Assembly: GCF_014280175.1 (NCBI RefSeq)
Contig: NZ_CP047931.1
Span: 870,001 to 902,000, forward strand
Length of the DNA stretch: 32,000 bases
DNA from: Synechococcus sp. A15-28
Lineage (GTDB): Bacteria; Cyanobacteriota; Cyanobacteriia; PCC-6307; Cyanobiaceae
Reading direction: 5' to 3'
Below the pieces are notes generated by a model. It did no database searches. It worked only from the letters and a program-made list of their open reading frames with translations, and had not been told where the DNA came from. Both the position numbers and the translations under genes were made by a program. Shown here one piece after another: positions 1-7,738 of the stretch. Each line of letters starts with the position of its first letter. The first letter of the stretch is position 1.

Positions 1-2
1 GC

Positions 3-128
3 CTGGCCCGTGAACGCGGTTACGGCGTGATCTTCTTTTACTGGGAGGGCCTCTGGGGTCGGCATGTGCCGGAGACCAACCGCCAGCAACGCTTCGATTC
101 CTTCCGGTTGCTGGGGCGTGAGGACTGA
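3..128 (+). CDS. 3' end of an unidentified protein-coding gene (partial, runs off the window start)
   Basis: Frame 3 is open from the window edge to TGA at 126-128 (...GYGVIFFYWEGLWGRHVPETNRQQRFDSFRLLGRED*). Third positions are GC-rich as in neighbouring genes. No family recognised. Confidence 0.3.
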   Translation: MARERGYGVIFFYWEGLWGRHVPETNRQQRFDSFRLLGRED

Positions 129-131
129 GCC

Positions 132-365
132 TTGACGGAGATCGAGCTCAACCGACTGCGCGCCAAGTTGCGGCGCCTGGCCTTCACCGAGGAGGCGATT
201 GACCGCACCCTGCGGCGATTTCAGAGGGATCTGGAGACCTTTGAATCAGCCAGCCGGATCATCGAGGGCCTTGAGCGTGAGAAACCAGAACAGCAGGTGC
301 TGCAAGCCCTGGCCTGTGGCCTGATCGCGGCCGTGTTGGGGGGATGGTTCGCCACTGTGAGCTAG
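132..365 (+). CDS. Small hypothetical protein with a C-terminal hydrophobic tail
   Basis: 77-aa ORF with a TTG start 4 nt after the previous stop. A charged helical N-terminal part is followed by a C-terminal hydrophobic segment (LACGLIAAVLGGWFATV). No family recognised. Confidence 0.45.
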   Translation: MTEIELNRLRAKLRRLAFTEEAIDRTLRRFQRDLETFESASRIIEGLEREKPEQQVLQALACGLIAAVLGGWFATVS

Positions 366-375
366 CTGATGAGAA

Positions 376-1152
376 TCAGGGGCGTTTGAACAGCAACAGC
401 CCCACACACAGCACGCCAATCAAAGGGCCAGGGGGGAGATCCGCGGCAACCGCGAGCATCATGCCGCCGCCACAGAGCAGCAGGCCTGTTCCCGCAGAGC
501 GCAGCATCAACCCCCGCAAGCTCAGGCAGCGGTCCACATGCACCAGCACAGGAGCACAGAGCAGGGCGATCACCAGCACGATGCCCACAGCCGTGATGGC
601 GCTGATCACCACGAGGGCAGTGATCACGATGGCGGTGAAACGAATTCTGGACACCGGGCGTTTGGCCGCGACGGCTCCATCGGGATCGACGCCGAGGAAC
701 ACCAGATCGCTGTAACACCGGCTCAGAAGCACCAGCAGCGCGACGGTTGCCACGGCGGTGCGAATCAGGTCTGCTTCGTTGGCGGCCAGAAGGTCGCCGA
801 ACAGCAGGGTTTCCAGATCAACCCGCGCCTGCAGCAAGGGCACCATCAGCACGCCAAGGGCGGTGAATCCGGCCAGAACAGTGTTCATGGCACCTTCTTC
901 TCGGCCTTTGAAGCGTTGGTTGAGTCGTTCCGCCAACAGCGCCCCGAGCAGTCCGCTGATCAGGCCGCCGATGGTTGGGTCGAGTTCGAAAGCCAGCGCC
1001 AGGATCAGGCCGGGCAAGACCGAATGGGCCATCAGATTGGCCAGCAGGATGCGCCGCTGGGTGATCAGCAGTGAGCCGGTCGCTGGGCAAATCAGCCCGA
1101 TCAGCAGGGCCAGGATCAATGGCGTCAGCCACCAGAGGTCGAGCTCAGCCAC
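376..1152 (-). CDS. znuB: Zn/Mn ABC transporter permease (ABC-3, ZnuB/MntB family)
   Basis: 258-aa polytopic membrane protein with ZnuB/TroC-like sequence. GTG start. It overlaps the upstream ATPase gene by 8 nt, indicating an operon. Confidence 0.85.
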   Translation of the reverse strand: MAELDLWWLTPLILALLIGLICPATGSLLITQRRILLANLMAHSVLPGLILALAFELDPTIGGLISGLLGALLAERLNQRFKGREEGAMNTVLAGFTALGVLMVPLLQARVDLETLLFGDLLAANEADLIRTAVATVALLVLLSRCYSDLVFLGVDPDGAVAAKRPVSRIRFTAIVITALVVISAITAVGIVLVIALLCAPVLVHVDRCLSLRGLMLRSAGTGLLLCGGGMMLAVAADLPPGPLIGVLCVGLLLFKRP

Positions 1153-1837
1153 AGCAATAGCTCCCCATCAAGCAGGCCATGTCGTTGAGCTGGTCGCGCA
1201 CCTCAGCGGGGGGTCCCGCGGCAAGCACCCTGCGATCCAGAACGATGACGTGGTCGTAACTGTCGAGGGCACTGCCCCAGTCGTGGCTGCTCACCAGAAG
1301 GGTCTGACCGGAGCTGGCCTGTTGGCGCATCACCCCGAGAAGGTGCTCACGGCTGGGGGGATCGATGGCACTGCAGGGTTCATCAAGCAACAGGACGTCG
1401 CTCTGCTGCATCAAGGCTCGGGCCAGCAGCACCCGTTGCTGTTGGCCACCGGAGAGCTGATTGAGACGCCGCCCCCGCATCTCCCCCATTCCGACCCGCT
1501 CAAGCAGGGTCTCGGCCGTCGTTGTGCCATGGCTTTTGGTTTGTCCAAGCCTGACCATGTCCCTCACGGTGATGGGAAAGGTCCAGTCGATGGCTGCCTT
1601 CTGGGGCATCAGGCCAATGCTGCCGCAGCATTCAAAGGTTCCTCCCGAAGGTTGGAGGCGGCCATGCAACAGATGCAGAAGCGTTGATTTGCCAGCGCCA
1701 TTGGGCCCAACCAGTGCCGTCAGCGTGCCGGGCTGGAGCTCCAGGTCGACACGCTCCAGTGTTGGTTTTGGGCCGTAGCTGTAGCTGAGATTCCTGGCTG
1801 CGAGATGCCCCTTGATGGACGAATGCGGTTCTGTCAC
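1145..1837 (-). CDS. znuC: Zn/Mn ABC transporter ATP-binding protein (ZnuC family)
   Basis: Walker A GPNGAGKST, ABC signature LSGGQQQR and Walker B LLLDEP. GTG start. It is divergent from the substrate-binding protein gene. Confidence 0.9.
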   Translation of the reverse strand: MTEPHSSIKGHLAARNLSYSYGPKPTLERVDLELQPGTLTALVGPNGAGKSTLLHLLHGRLQPSGGTFECCGSIGLMPQKAAIDWTFPITVRDMVRLGQTKSHGTTTAETLLERVGMGEMRGRRLNQLSGGQQQRVLLARALMQQSDVLLLDEPCSAIDPPSREHLLGVMRQQASSGQTLLVSSHDWGSALDSYDHVIVLDRRVLAAGPPAEVRDQLNDMACLMGSYCCG

Positions 1838-1899
1838 AGCTGCGGTGGGTTCACTTCATCATGCGGTCGCGATTGGGTTGCGCCAACCCGTTGAACTGT

Positions 1900-1921
1900 A
1901 AAAATGATAATCATTCTCATT
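1900..1921. promoter_or_regulatory. Fur-family (Zur-type) operator in the znuC / znuA divergent intergenic region
   Basis: AATGATAATCATT (1903-1915) is a 6-1-6 palindrome (AATGAT-A-ATCATT). The 19-mer at 1900-1918 matches the classical Fur box GATAATGATAATCATTATC at about 16 of 19 positions by eye. It lies between the znuC start (1837) and the znuA ATG (1930) and overlaps a TTGAAC -35-like hexamer at 1891-1896. Confidence 0.65.
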
Positions 1922-1929
1922 CGAGTGTC

Positions 1930-2850
1930 ATGGCGCGTCCTGCGCTTTTGGTCAAGGGTCTGGCGGTCGCCCTGGGCGTTGTCTCGGGTTGTTCAGTCGC
2001 GGCGCAGGCGGCCCAGCCAAGCGTTGTGGCTGTGGATGGAACCCTGTGTGACATCACCCGAACGCTGGTGGGAGCGGCGGCGAAGGTCACCTGCCTGATC
2101 CCCCCGGGTGGTGATCCCCACGGCTACCGCCTCAAGCCCAGCGACCGGCAGGCCATCGCAACGTCGGCAGCGGTGGTTCACATCGGCTTTGGTCTCACCC
2201 CTGCAGCCAATGAGATCACCAGTCCTGGATCTGTCGTGGCCGTTGGCGAACAGGTATTGCCGAATTACAAGGGCAACGACCCCCATGTCTGGCATGACCC
2301 AGCCAACTCGGCCGCCATGGTGTCCGCACTGAGCACTGCTCTGATTCCTGTTCTGCCCGCATCGGAAACAGAAGCTCTAAAAGCTCGCGCGACGGCAGCC
2401 ATTGCTGTGTTCAACGACCTCGGCCGTTGGGGAGCCATTCAGTTTGAAACGCTGTCTCAACCGCATCGGGTGATCGTCACCGATCACAAGACCTATAGCC
2501 ACCTGGCCGATCGCTACGGGGTGGATGAAATTGCCATGCTTGATAGCTACACCACTGGGGGTGTGCTGCGTCCCTCCAGCCTGCGCAGGATCAGCAAGGA
2601 GATCAAAACTTCAGGCGCCAAGGTGATTTTCACGCCATCGATTCCTCCCAACAAAACGCTGCGCAGGATCAGTAAGTCAACCGGATTGCCGATTGCGCCC
2701 ACACCACTGTTTGGTGAGGGAACAGCTGCCGGAGAAACAGCGATCTCCACGGCGGCGATCAACATCTGCACGATGGTGCAAGGGCAGGGCGGGACCTGTG
2801 ATAAGGCCTCTGCTGAGGCCCTGAATGATCGTTGGCAGGCCATTCGTTGA
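1930..2850 (+). CDS. znuA: Periplasmic metal (Zn/Mn) ABC substrate-binding lipoprotein, TroA/ZnuA family
   Basis: ATG at 1930 gives a lipoprotein signal MARPALLVKGLAVALGVVSGC (lipobox VSGC). Cluster A-I SBP motifs are present (GGDPHGY, NDPHVWHDP, VTDHKTYSHL). The ORF-track start at 1861 would run through the operator, so 1930 is preferred. No His-rich loop is visible in this protein. Confidence 0.85.
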   Translation: MARPALLVKGLAVALGVVSGCSVAAQAAQPSVVAVDGTLCDITRTLVGAAAKVTCLIPPGGDPHGYRLKPSDRQAIATSAAVVHIGFGLTPAANEITSPGSVVAVGEQVLPNYKGNDPHVWHDPANSAAMVSALSTALIPVLPASETEALKARATAAIAVFNDLGRWGAIQFETLSQPHRVIVTDHKTYSHLADRYGVDEIAMLDSYTTGGVLRPSSLRRISKEIKTSGAKVIFTPSIPPNKTLRRISKSTGLPIAPTPLFGEGTAAGETAISTAAINICTMVQGQGGTCDKASAEALNDRWQAIR

Positions 2851-2855
2851 TGCCT

Positions 2856-2894
2856 GCTTGACGTTCAGACGTCCAAGCATCCTCAATCTTTTTT
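2856..2894 (+). terminator. Possible hairpin terminator after znuA
   Basis: GCTTGACGT-TCAG-ACGTCCAAGC imperfect hairpin (one bulged C) at 2856-2878, followed about 10 nt later by a T-run at 2889-2894. The spacing to the T-run is not ideal. Confidence 0.3.
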
Positions 2895-2919
2895 CCTCTC
2901 TCTCAACATTTTTTCTCCC

Positions 2920-4023
2920 GTGTTCGTCTTCTCAGCCAAGCCACGTCTCAGGCTCCTGCTTCTTGGCCTGCTTCTGCTTCCTTGCACTGCAGCCCGTCCT
3001 GTCCTGGCCCATGGATCCCATGGGGGAGGTGATGAGGAACTTGAGGCTGGTGAGATTGATTTCACACCTCTGATCACCATCGAAGGGCATGGTGGGTTTG
3101 AAACCAACTTGGATGACAACCCCAAGCATTACGCCATTGATGGATCGTTTGGTGGCGTGTTCCAGTGGGGCTTGGGCAACGGCGGAAGTCTCACCATTGA
3201 AGCCGCCGTGGGACCTTCAGTGGTGTGGGGTGAGGCTGAACATTTTTACGGCAAGGTGCATGTTGATGATGATCATGGTCATGAGGACGATCATGATCAT
3301 CACGACGAACATGCTGAGCACGATCATGACGATGATCACCACGCCCGTCGTCGGCTTTCACGGGAAGATGATCACGACCATCACGATGACCATGACGATC
3401 ATCACGACGAGCACGCTGAGGATGATCATCATGAGCACGCAGAGCATGCCCACGATGAACACGGGCATGGTGATCCTGAGCTAAAACGAACAGACGTTCG
3501 TGGTTTCGTCAGCGTGCGTTACGCACCCAACGATCGCCTCAGCCTCACGGTGGATTGGTTGCCCTATTACGTCACCAAGGATCAAGGTGACGATATCCAG
3601 GGCTTAAAGAATGAGTTGGGTGCTGAAGTGGTTTGGGCGCTTGGCGATGGTGACGTTGATTTCGCACTGGGTGATGGTCTGGAGAACATTCTCGAGGGCG
3701 TTTTTCTCTCAGTGATGCACCGTCAGGGATGGGAATCCGATGGCACCTGGATGGGCAACTACACCGATCCCCGCCTGGGCGTTGGTTTCAACATTGATCA
3801 GATCAATGTCACCATCGATGCCGGGCCTCGTTTCTACACACCTGGCAGCTATTCAGGTTTGAGTCAGCGGACTGACTTTGCCGGTGAAGTGGAAGTCTCG
3901 ATCCCCGTTGGCGATGCCGTTCTGTTCGCCCATTGGAAGCCGACCTACAGCCCGGATGATTCTCCTGGCTGGGGTGAGGGATGGCAGCACCACCTCGGTA
4001 CGGGGGTGACTTTCAGCTTCTGA
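2920..4023 (+). CDS. Exported His/Asp-rich protein, putative outer-membrane beta-barrel metal-capture protein
   Basis: GTG start. Signal peptide LLLLGLLLLPCTAARPVLA|HG. A ~72-residue His/Asp/Glu tract spans residues 114-185. The C-terminal two thirds consist of alternating amphipathic beta-strand-like segments ending in GVTFSF with a terminal Phe, which resembles the OMP beta-signal. It lies directly downstream of znuA. Confidence 0.75.
   Translation: MFVFSAKPRLRLLLLGLLLLPCTAARPVLAHGSHGGGDEELEAGEIDFTPLITIEGHGGFETNLDDNPKHYAIDGSFGGVFQWGLGNGGSLTIEAAVGPSVVWGEAEHFYGKVHVDDDHGHEDDHDHHDEHAEHDHDDDHHARRRLSREDDHDHHDDHDDHHDEHAEDDHHEHAEHAHDEHGHGDPELKRTDVRGFVSVRYAPNDRLSLTVDWLPYYVTKDQGDDIQGLKNELGAEVVWALGDGDVDFALGDGLENILEGVFLSVMHRQGWESDGTWMGNYTDPRLGVGFNIDQINVTIDAGPRFYTPGSYSGLSQRTDFAGEVEVSIPVGDAVLFAHWKPTYSPDDSPGWGEGWQHHLGTGVTFSF
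3259..3474 (+). repeat. Coding low-complexity His/Asp/Glu tract with an internal duplication
   Basis: HVDDDHGHEDDHDHHDEHAEHDHDDDHH-ARRRLSRE-DDHDHHDDHDDHHDEHAEDDHHEHAEHAHDEHGHGD. The module DHDHHD(E/D)H...DEHAE occurs twice. The GAT/CAT/GAC/CAC codon runs also create spurious overlapping ORFs (3089..3484). Confidence 0.8.
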
Positions 4024-5346
4024 TCAGCCCGCCGGCAGCCAGCGGGCTTCCTTGATCGGTTCGTCCATCACTTCCCTCACGCGGAGAGTGTCGGCCTCGA
4101 TCAGGGCGGCTCGCCCGCCCTTGAGATCGGGTTGGTTCAACGTCATCAACAGAGTATTGCCGACGGGGTTGTGCTCCATCCCTGTTCCTGGGCTCAGGGT
4201 CCAGGGGGCCAGATTTCGCCGTTTAAGGACGGTGCCTTCGCTGTTGAACTGCACCAGTTCATGTTGGCTGCGCCGGCCCTGCCAGATTCCCAACACCGCC
4301 CAGATCCGATCGCCGGAGCCATTGCAGCTCACCGCCAGCACTGCCTGGTCTCCGAGGTGGAGTTGTCGCGGTGCCAGGCCTGGGATCACCAGTTCGATGG
4401 AGCGGCGGTAGTCCGGCCAATGGCGGATCAGCACCGCGCGGCCCGATGTGGAGCAGAAGGCCCCCAGTTCACGGCTGCCCGGCAGCACTTGGGGAGGCTT
4501 GCCGTTGTCCTTGAGTGGCCGGATGCTGATGCCGTCGTAGCCCGGCACCACCAGGCCACCGCCGGCTGGCAGCAGCTGCATCGGTCCGGAGGAGGGCAGC
4601 TCCAGCATCTGTCGCTCGCCGTTGGCCAGCAGCAGCTCAAGGGTTTCACTGCCCGGTTTCAATCCACCGGTCTGCACCAGCAGATCGCCATTGAGGTTGC
4701 TGCTGATGTGTCCAAACAGCAGATCGCCCTCACTCAGTGGTTCCAGAATGCCTTGGGCAGGAACTCCCAGCTGCTGTTGCGACAAGGCAAGGTTGCGGGG
4801 GGTGAGCCGTTTTTGCCAGATCGTCTCTTTGCCATTGCCGTTACTGCTCACCATGGCGATACCGCTGCCGTTGCCGAGGGGAACCAGGCTCTGCAGCGAG
4901 GCCCAGACAGGGCTGAGGGGATGCCACTGGCCTTGCCGGTCCTGCAGCTGCAGCTGCTCCCCGCCCTCTACTTGCCGCGTCACCAGCAACCACGGGCGTG
5001 GATCCCACCATCGCGTCTGAGGCGTCATCGGTTGCATGCGCTGGTCGCGGCCCGCCAACGTCAGTGAGATGGGGGCATCGATGGGCGTCATCCCCTCGAG
5101 GATCAACCGCAGTCGGTTGCCTTGGCCCAGCCAGCGATGGGGCAGTGCAGGGTCAAGGCTGCTTTCCGCCGCCAGGTAGTTGCGGTGCATCGCGCGGCTG
5201 AAGCTCACGTCCAGCGCCGCTCGCCCGGACTGCAGCCGTTGAGGCTGGAGATCAAGCAGCCGCGGGGCCCGTCGCAGCAGCAGCTGTTGCTGGAGGACCA
5301 CGGTCGCAGCAGCCAAAAGCAGCAGCAGCGTCAGCCTGCGCGTCAT
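4024..5346 (-). CDS. Exported or membrane-anchored hypothetical protein (440 aa), last gene of the permease operon
   Basis: N-terminal signal/anchor MTRRLTLLLLLAAATVVL. The start overlaps the stop of the upstream gene (ATGA at 5343-5346). The sequence is Gly/Leu-rich with repeated beta-like segments. No family confidently recognised. Confidence 0.7.
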   Translation of the reverse strand: MTRRLTLLLLLAAATVVLQQQLLLRRAPRLLDLQPQRLQSGRAALDVSFSRAMHRNYLAAESSLDPALPHRWLGQGNRLRLILEGMTPIDAPISLTLAGRDQRMQPMTPQTRWWDPRPWLLVTRQVEGGEQLQLQDRQGQWHPLSPVWASLQSLVPLGNGSGIAMVSSNGNGKETIWQKRLTPRNLALSQQQLGVPAQGILEPLSEGDLLFGHISSNLNGDLLVQTGGLKPGSETLELLLANGERQMLELPSSGPMQLLPAGGGLVVPGYDGISIRPLKDNGKPPQVLPGSRELGAFCSTSGRAVLIRHWPDYRRSIELVIPGLAPRQLHLGDQAVLAVSCNGSGDRIWAVLGIWQGRRSQHELVQFNSEGTVLKRRNLAPWTLSPGTGMEHNPVGNTLLMTLNQPDLKGGRAALIEADTLRVREVMDEPIKEARWLPAG

Positions 5347-5996
5347 GGCTCCAGCGGTCGCTCGGGGCGGGGGATGGGCTTGATCACGGTCGGCACCACC
5401 ACAGCGGTGGCTTCACCATTGCGCGGGGCGACCGTCATCCGGCCCTGAATCGCCAACCACTGATTGGCTTTTGGTTTGTCACCCTCTGGCCAGGCCACCG
5501 CCAGTCCCGCTGGGGTGGCATCGGCCAGGCAACAGCGCACGGTGAGCCTGGCGATCAACGGCGGCCCCTCGGGTTGCCGCCACACGAAGCCGCTGATGAT
5601 GACGGGATTTCCGTCCACCAGCTGCGGGTCGGGCTGGCTGCGCAGCAGTCGCACCCATTCCGTGAGGCTGCGCTGCTCCGGCGGCAACACGAAGGCGAGC
5701 TCTGCTGGCTCCGGCAGACCCTGGGGGCGGTTGCTTGCCAGATCACTGAAGGAGGGGTTCGGAGGGATCAGCAACACCAGACAACCCACTGCTGCGCTGA
5801 TCAGCCATGGCCGGCGCGTGGCCTCGCGGCGGCGGCGATGTCGGATCACAAGCAGGAGTCCTGCTGCGAGCAAAACGGCTCCAGAAGCACCCACGAGGCT
5901 GTGAAACACCCCACGCAGCAACAGATCCAGGCGGCCGCTCAGCACGCTCCAGATCACCATCCATCCCCAGAGGATCAGCAGCAATCCGCGACTCAT
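5343..5996 (-). CDS. TIGR03943/DUF1980-type membrane protein (partner subunit of the PF03773 permease)
   Basis: Two N-terminal TM helices, an RHRRRR stop-transfer segment, and a C-terminal soluble domain with the characteristic LTVRCCLADATP (CC-x-A-D-A) motif. It is encoded 14 nt downstream of the permease gene. Confidence 0.7.
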   Translation of the reverse strand: MSRGLLLILWGWMVIWSVLSGRLDLLLRGVFHSLVGASGAVLLAAGLLLVIRHRRRREATRRPWLISAAVGCLVLLIPPNPSFSDLASNRPQGLPEPAELAFVLPPEQRSLTEWVRLLRSQPDPQLVDGNPVIISGFVWRQPEGPPLIARLTVRCCLADATPAGLAVAWPEGDKPKANQWLAIQGRMTVAPRNGEATAVVVPTVIKPIPRPERPLEP

Positions 5997-6009
5997 GCCA
6001 TCCCCCGGA

Positions 6010-6966
6010 TCACAGCTGCCACAGGTTGACCCATTGGCCGATCAACAGCACCCCCAGGCTGGCTGCGACGGCGGTGATGGCAATGGCGCGGGGCCGCATC
6101 AGCACGGTGAACAATCCCGCCAATTTGAGGTCAACCACTGGTCCAAGCAACAGGAAGGCCAGTAGTGCCCCCGGCGTCACCTGCGCCGCGAAACCGAGGG
6201 CGAGGAAAGCATCAACGCTCGAGCACACCGACACCACCACCGCCAGCACCATCAACGCCAGGATTGATCCTGTCGGCGCCCCGCCGATCGCCAGCAGCCA
6301 GCTGCGTGGCAACCAGGTCTGCACGGTGGCGGCGATGACGCAGCCCAGCACCAACAGAGCCAGCAGATCCAGGAATTCGCGACTGCTCTGATCCAGCACA
6401 TCCCGCAGTGATGGGCGCTGCGGCCGTGGTGCCGTGCTGGCGGGCAGCGGTGCACCGATCAACCCGCTGCCCCGTTGCAGCAGGTCAAGCTTGCGCAGCG
6501 GTTGACTGAGGCGCCGTTCGCTCAACAACGCCGCTTCCAGCAGCTGTGTTTCAGGCAGTTGTGCCAGGAGCAAGCTCAGCAGGATGGCCAGAAGGAAGGC
6601 CCCCAGAGGCCTGGCGATCAGCAGCCAGGGTTGATCGGGAAAGGCCGCCCAGGTGCTGGCCAGCACGATCGGATTGAGCACCGGTGCTGCAAACAGAAAT
6701 CCAAAGCCTGTGCCCAGGGGCGCGCCACTGGCGAGCAGGCGGCGGGCGACCGGCACATTGCCGCACTCGCAGGCCGGCAGGGCGAACCCCATCAGTGCGC
6801 CGGTGATCGGGGCGAGCACTGGGTGACGGGGCAACCGGCTGATCCAGGCCCCCTGGGGCACCAGCCAACGGGCCAGGCCTGCGATCACCACCCCCAGCAA
6901 CAGAAACGGAATCGCCTCCAGCAGCAACCCCTGAAAGATCGCCCAGGCGGTGGCCACTCGTTCCAC
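6010..6966 (-). CDS. Predicted permease, PF03773 (DUF318/ArsP_1, COG0701) family
   Basis: 318-aa polytopic membrane protein with the family-typical ALPACECGNVP motif in an early TM segment. It is the first gene of a three-gene minus-strand operon. Confidence 0.8.
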   Translation of the reverse strand: MERVATAWAIFQGLLLEAIPFLLLGVVIAGLARWLVPQGAWISRLPRHPVLAPITGALMGFALPACECGNVPVARRLLASGAPLGTGFGFLFAAPVLNPIVLASTWAAFPDQPWLLIARPLGAFLLAILLSLLLAQLPETQLLEAALLSERRLSQPLRKLDLLQRGSGLIGAPLPASTAPRPQRPSLRDVLDQSSREFLDLLALLVLGCVIAATVQTWLPRSWLLAIGGAPTGSILALMVLAVVVSVCSSVDAFLALGFAAQVTPGALLAFLLLGPVVDLKLAGLFTVLMRPRAIAITAVAASLGVLLIGQWVNLWQL

Positions 6967-7045
6967 GTTCTGGCAGTTATACCTGAATGGATTCTCACAG
7001 CTTTACCAGCCATGGCGATGGCGCACTGTGCGACGTTGAAGGCTG

Positions 7046-7345
7046 GTGCGGGAGCACGCGGTGCCGTTACGGAGGGTGTTGTCAGGGCTGGTGTTGCTCT
7101 CAACCCTTGGTGCGGCTGCTCATGCTCAGACCCTCGACCAACGCTTTTTCCAGGTGCAGCTGCTGCTGGATCAGATCCAGCTGGCGGCCTCGACTGGAGA
7201 CGCCGCTGGGGTGTGTGCCCTGTCCCGCCGTGCCAACGACCGCTTGCTCGACATTCTTCCGGCCCTGCAGCGGCAGCGCCCTGGGCTTGATCACGCGGCT
7301 CTCCAGGACCGGATTCTTCTGGGGTTCAGCCGCTGCGATCGGTAG
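7046..7345 (+). CDS. Small hypothetical secreted protein
   Basis: 99-aa ORF with a GTG start and a signal-like N-terminus (VLSGLVLLSTLGAAAHA|Q). No family recognised, and a high-GC shadow ORF cannot be excluded. Confidence 0.4.
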   Translation: MREHAVPLRRVLSGLVLLSTLGAAAHAQTLDQRFFQVQLLLDQIQLAASTGDAAGVCALSRRANDRLLDILPALQRQRPGLDHAALQDRILLGFSRCDR

Positions 7346-7404
7346 GTCCACTCATTGCTGAGCGCTGATCCGCGATCCAGCTTGTTGTCAGTGAATGCAC
7401 TGCG

Positions 7405-7710
7405 ATGGAATTGATCCAGACCTTTCAGAACCGTCTGCTGCGCTATGAGTCGACGGCGCTACGGGATCGCCAGGCCCATTTCAGCGCTGCACGCAATCTG
7501 GCGCGGGCCCAGTTTCTGCTCGGGGATGCTGAACTCAGTCAGCGGTTGTGGCAGGACGTCGCCGATCGGGGGCTGGATGTCGAGCGGATTGAACAGCTGA
7601 TGTACGGCTGCTGGTTTCAGGACGATCCAGAAGCCATGGCTGAGGCCGATGCGGCGTATCAGAGCCGGACGGCACCGCCCGAATCACCAGGCATTTTCGA
7701 GCACTGCTGA
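7405..7710 (+). CDS. Hypothetical protein (101 aa)
   Basis: ATG-initiated ORF lying in the gap between flanking genes, with helical TPR-like composition. No family recognised. Confidence 0.45.
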   Translation: MELIQTFQNRLLRYESTALRDRQAHFSAARNLARAQFLLGDAELSQRLWQDVADRGLDVERIEQLMYGCWFQDDPEAMAEADAAYQSRTAPPESPGIFEHC

Positions 7711-7738
7711 TGGCTTTGCCGCCAGGTTTTGAGTTGCG

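Noticed and set aside
538-1687. Long plus-strand ORFs (538..1074, 758..1687) and the minus-strand ORF 818..1132, all overlapping znuB/znuC
   Set aside because: They lie antisense or out of frame to genes with clear ABC permease and ATPase motifs. Their products are Arg/Pro/Ser/Gly-rich low-complexity sequence typical of shadow ORFs in high-GC DNA.
3089-3484. ORF 3089..3484 (+) encoding a Met/Ile/Thr-rich peptide, and ORFs 2883..3125 and 2932..3129 (-)
   Set aside because: These are alternative-frame readings of the GAT/CAT/GAC/CAC codon runs of the His/Asp tract and of the signal-peptide region. The frame with the signal peptide, His tract and beta-barrel-like end is the coherent one.
6985-6994. 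GAATGGATTC palindrome upstream of the permease operon as a possible Zur/Fur box
   Set aside because: It is only a 4+4 inverted repeat with poor resemblance to the AATGATAATCATT site at 1903-1915. That is too weak to call a metalloregulator site.
4052-7361. Many overlapping ORFs on the plus strand across 4052-7361 (for example 4132..5067, 5574..6029, 5807..6391, 6475..7290, 6987..7361)
   Set aside because: They are antisense to the three-gene permease operon, whose products have clear TM topology and family motifs. The overlapping ORFs have Arg/Gln/Pro/Ala-rich composition and no motifs.
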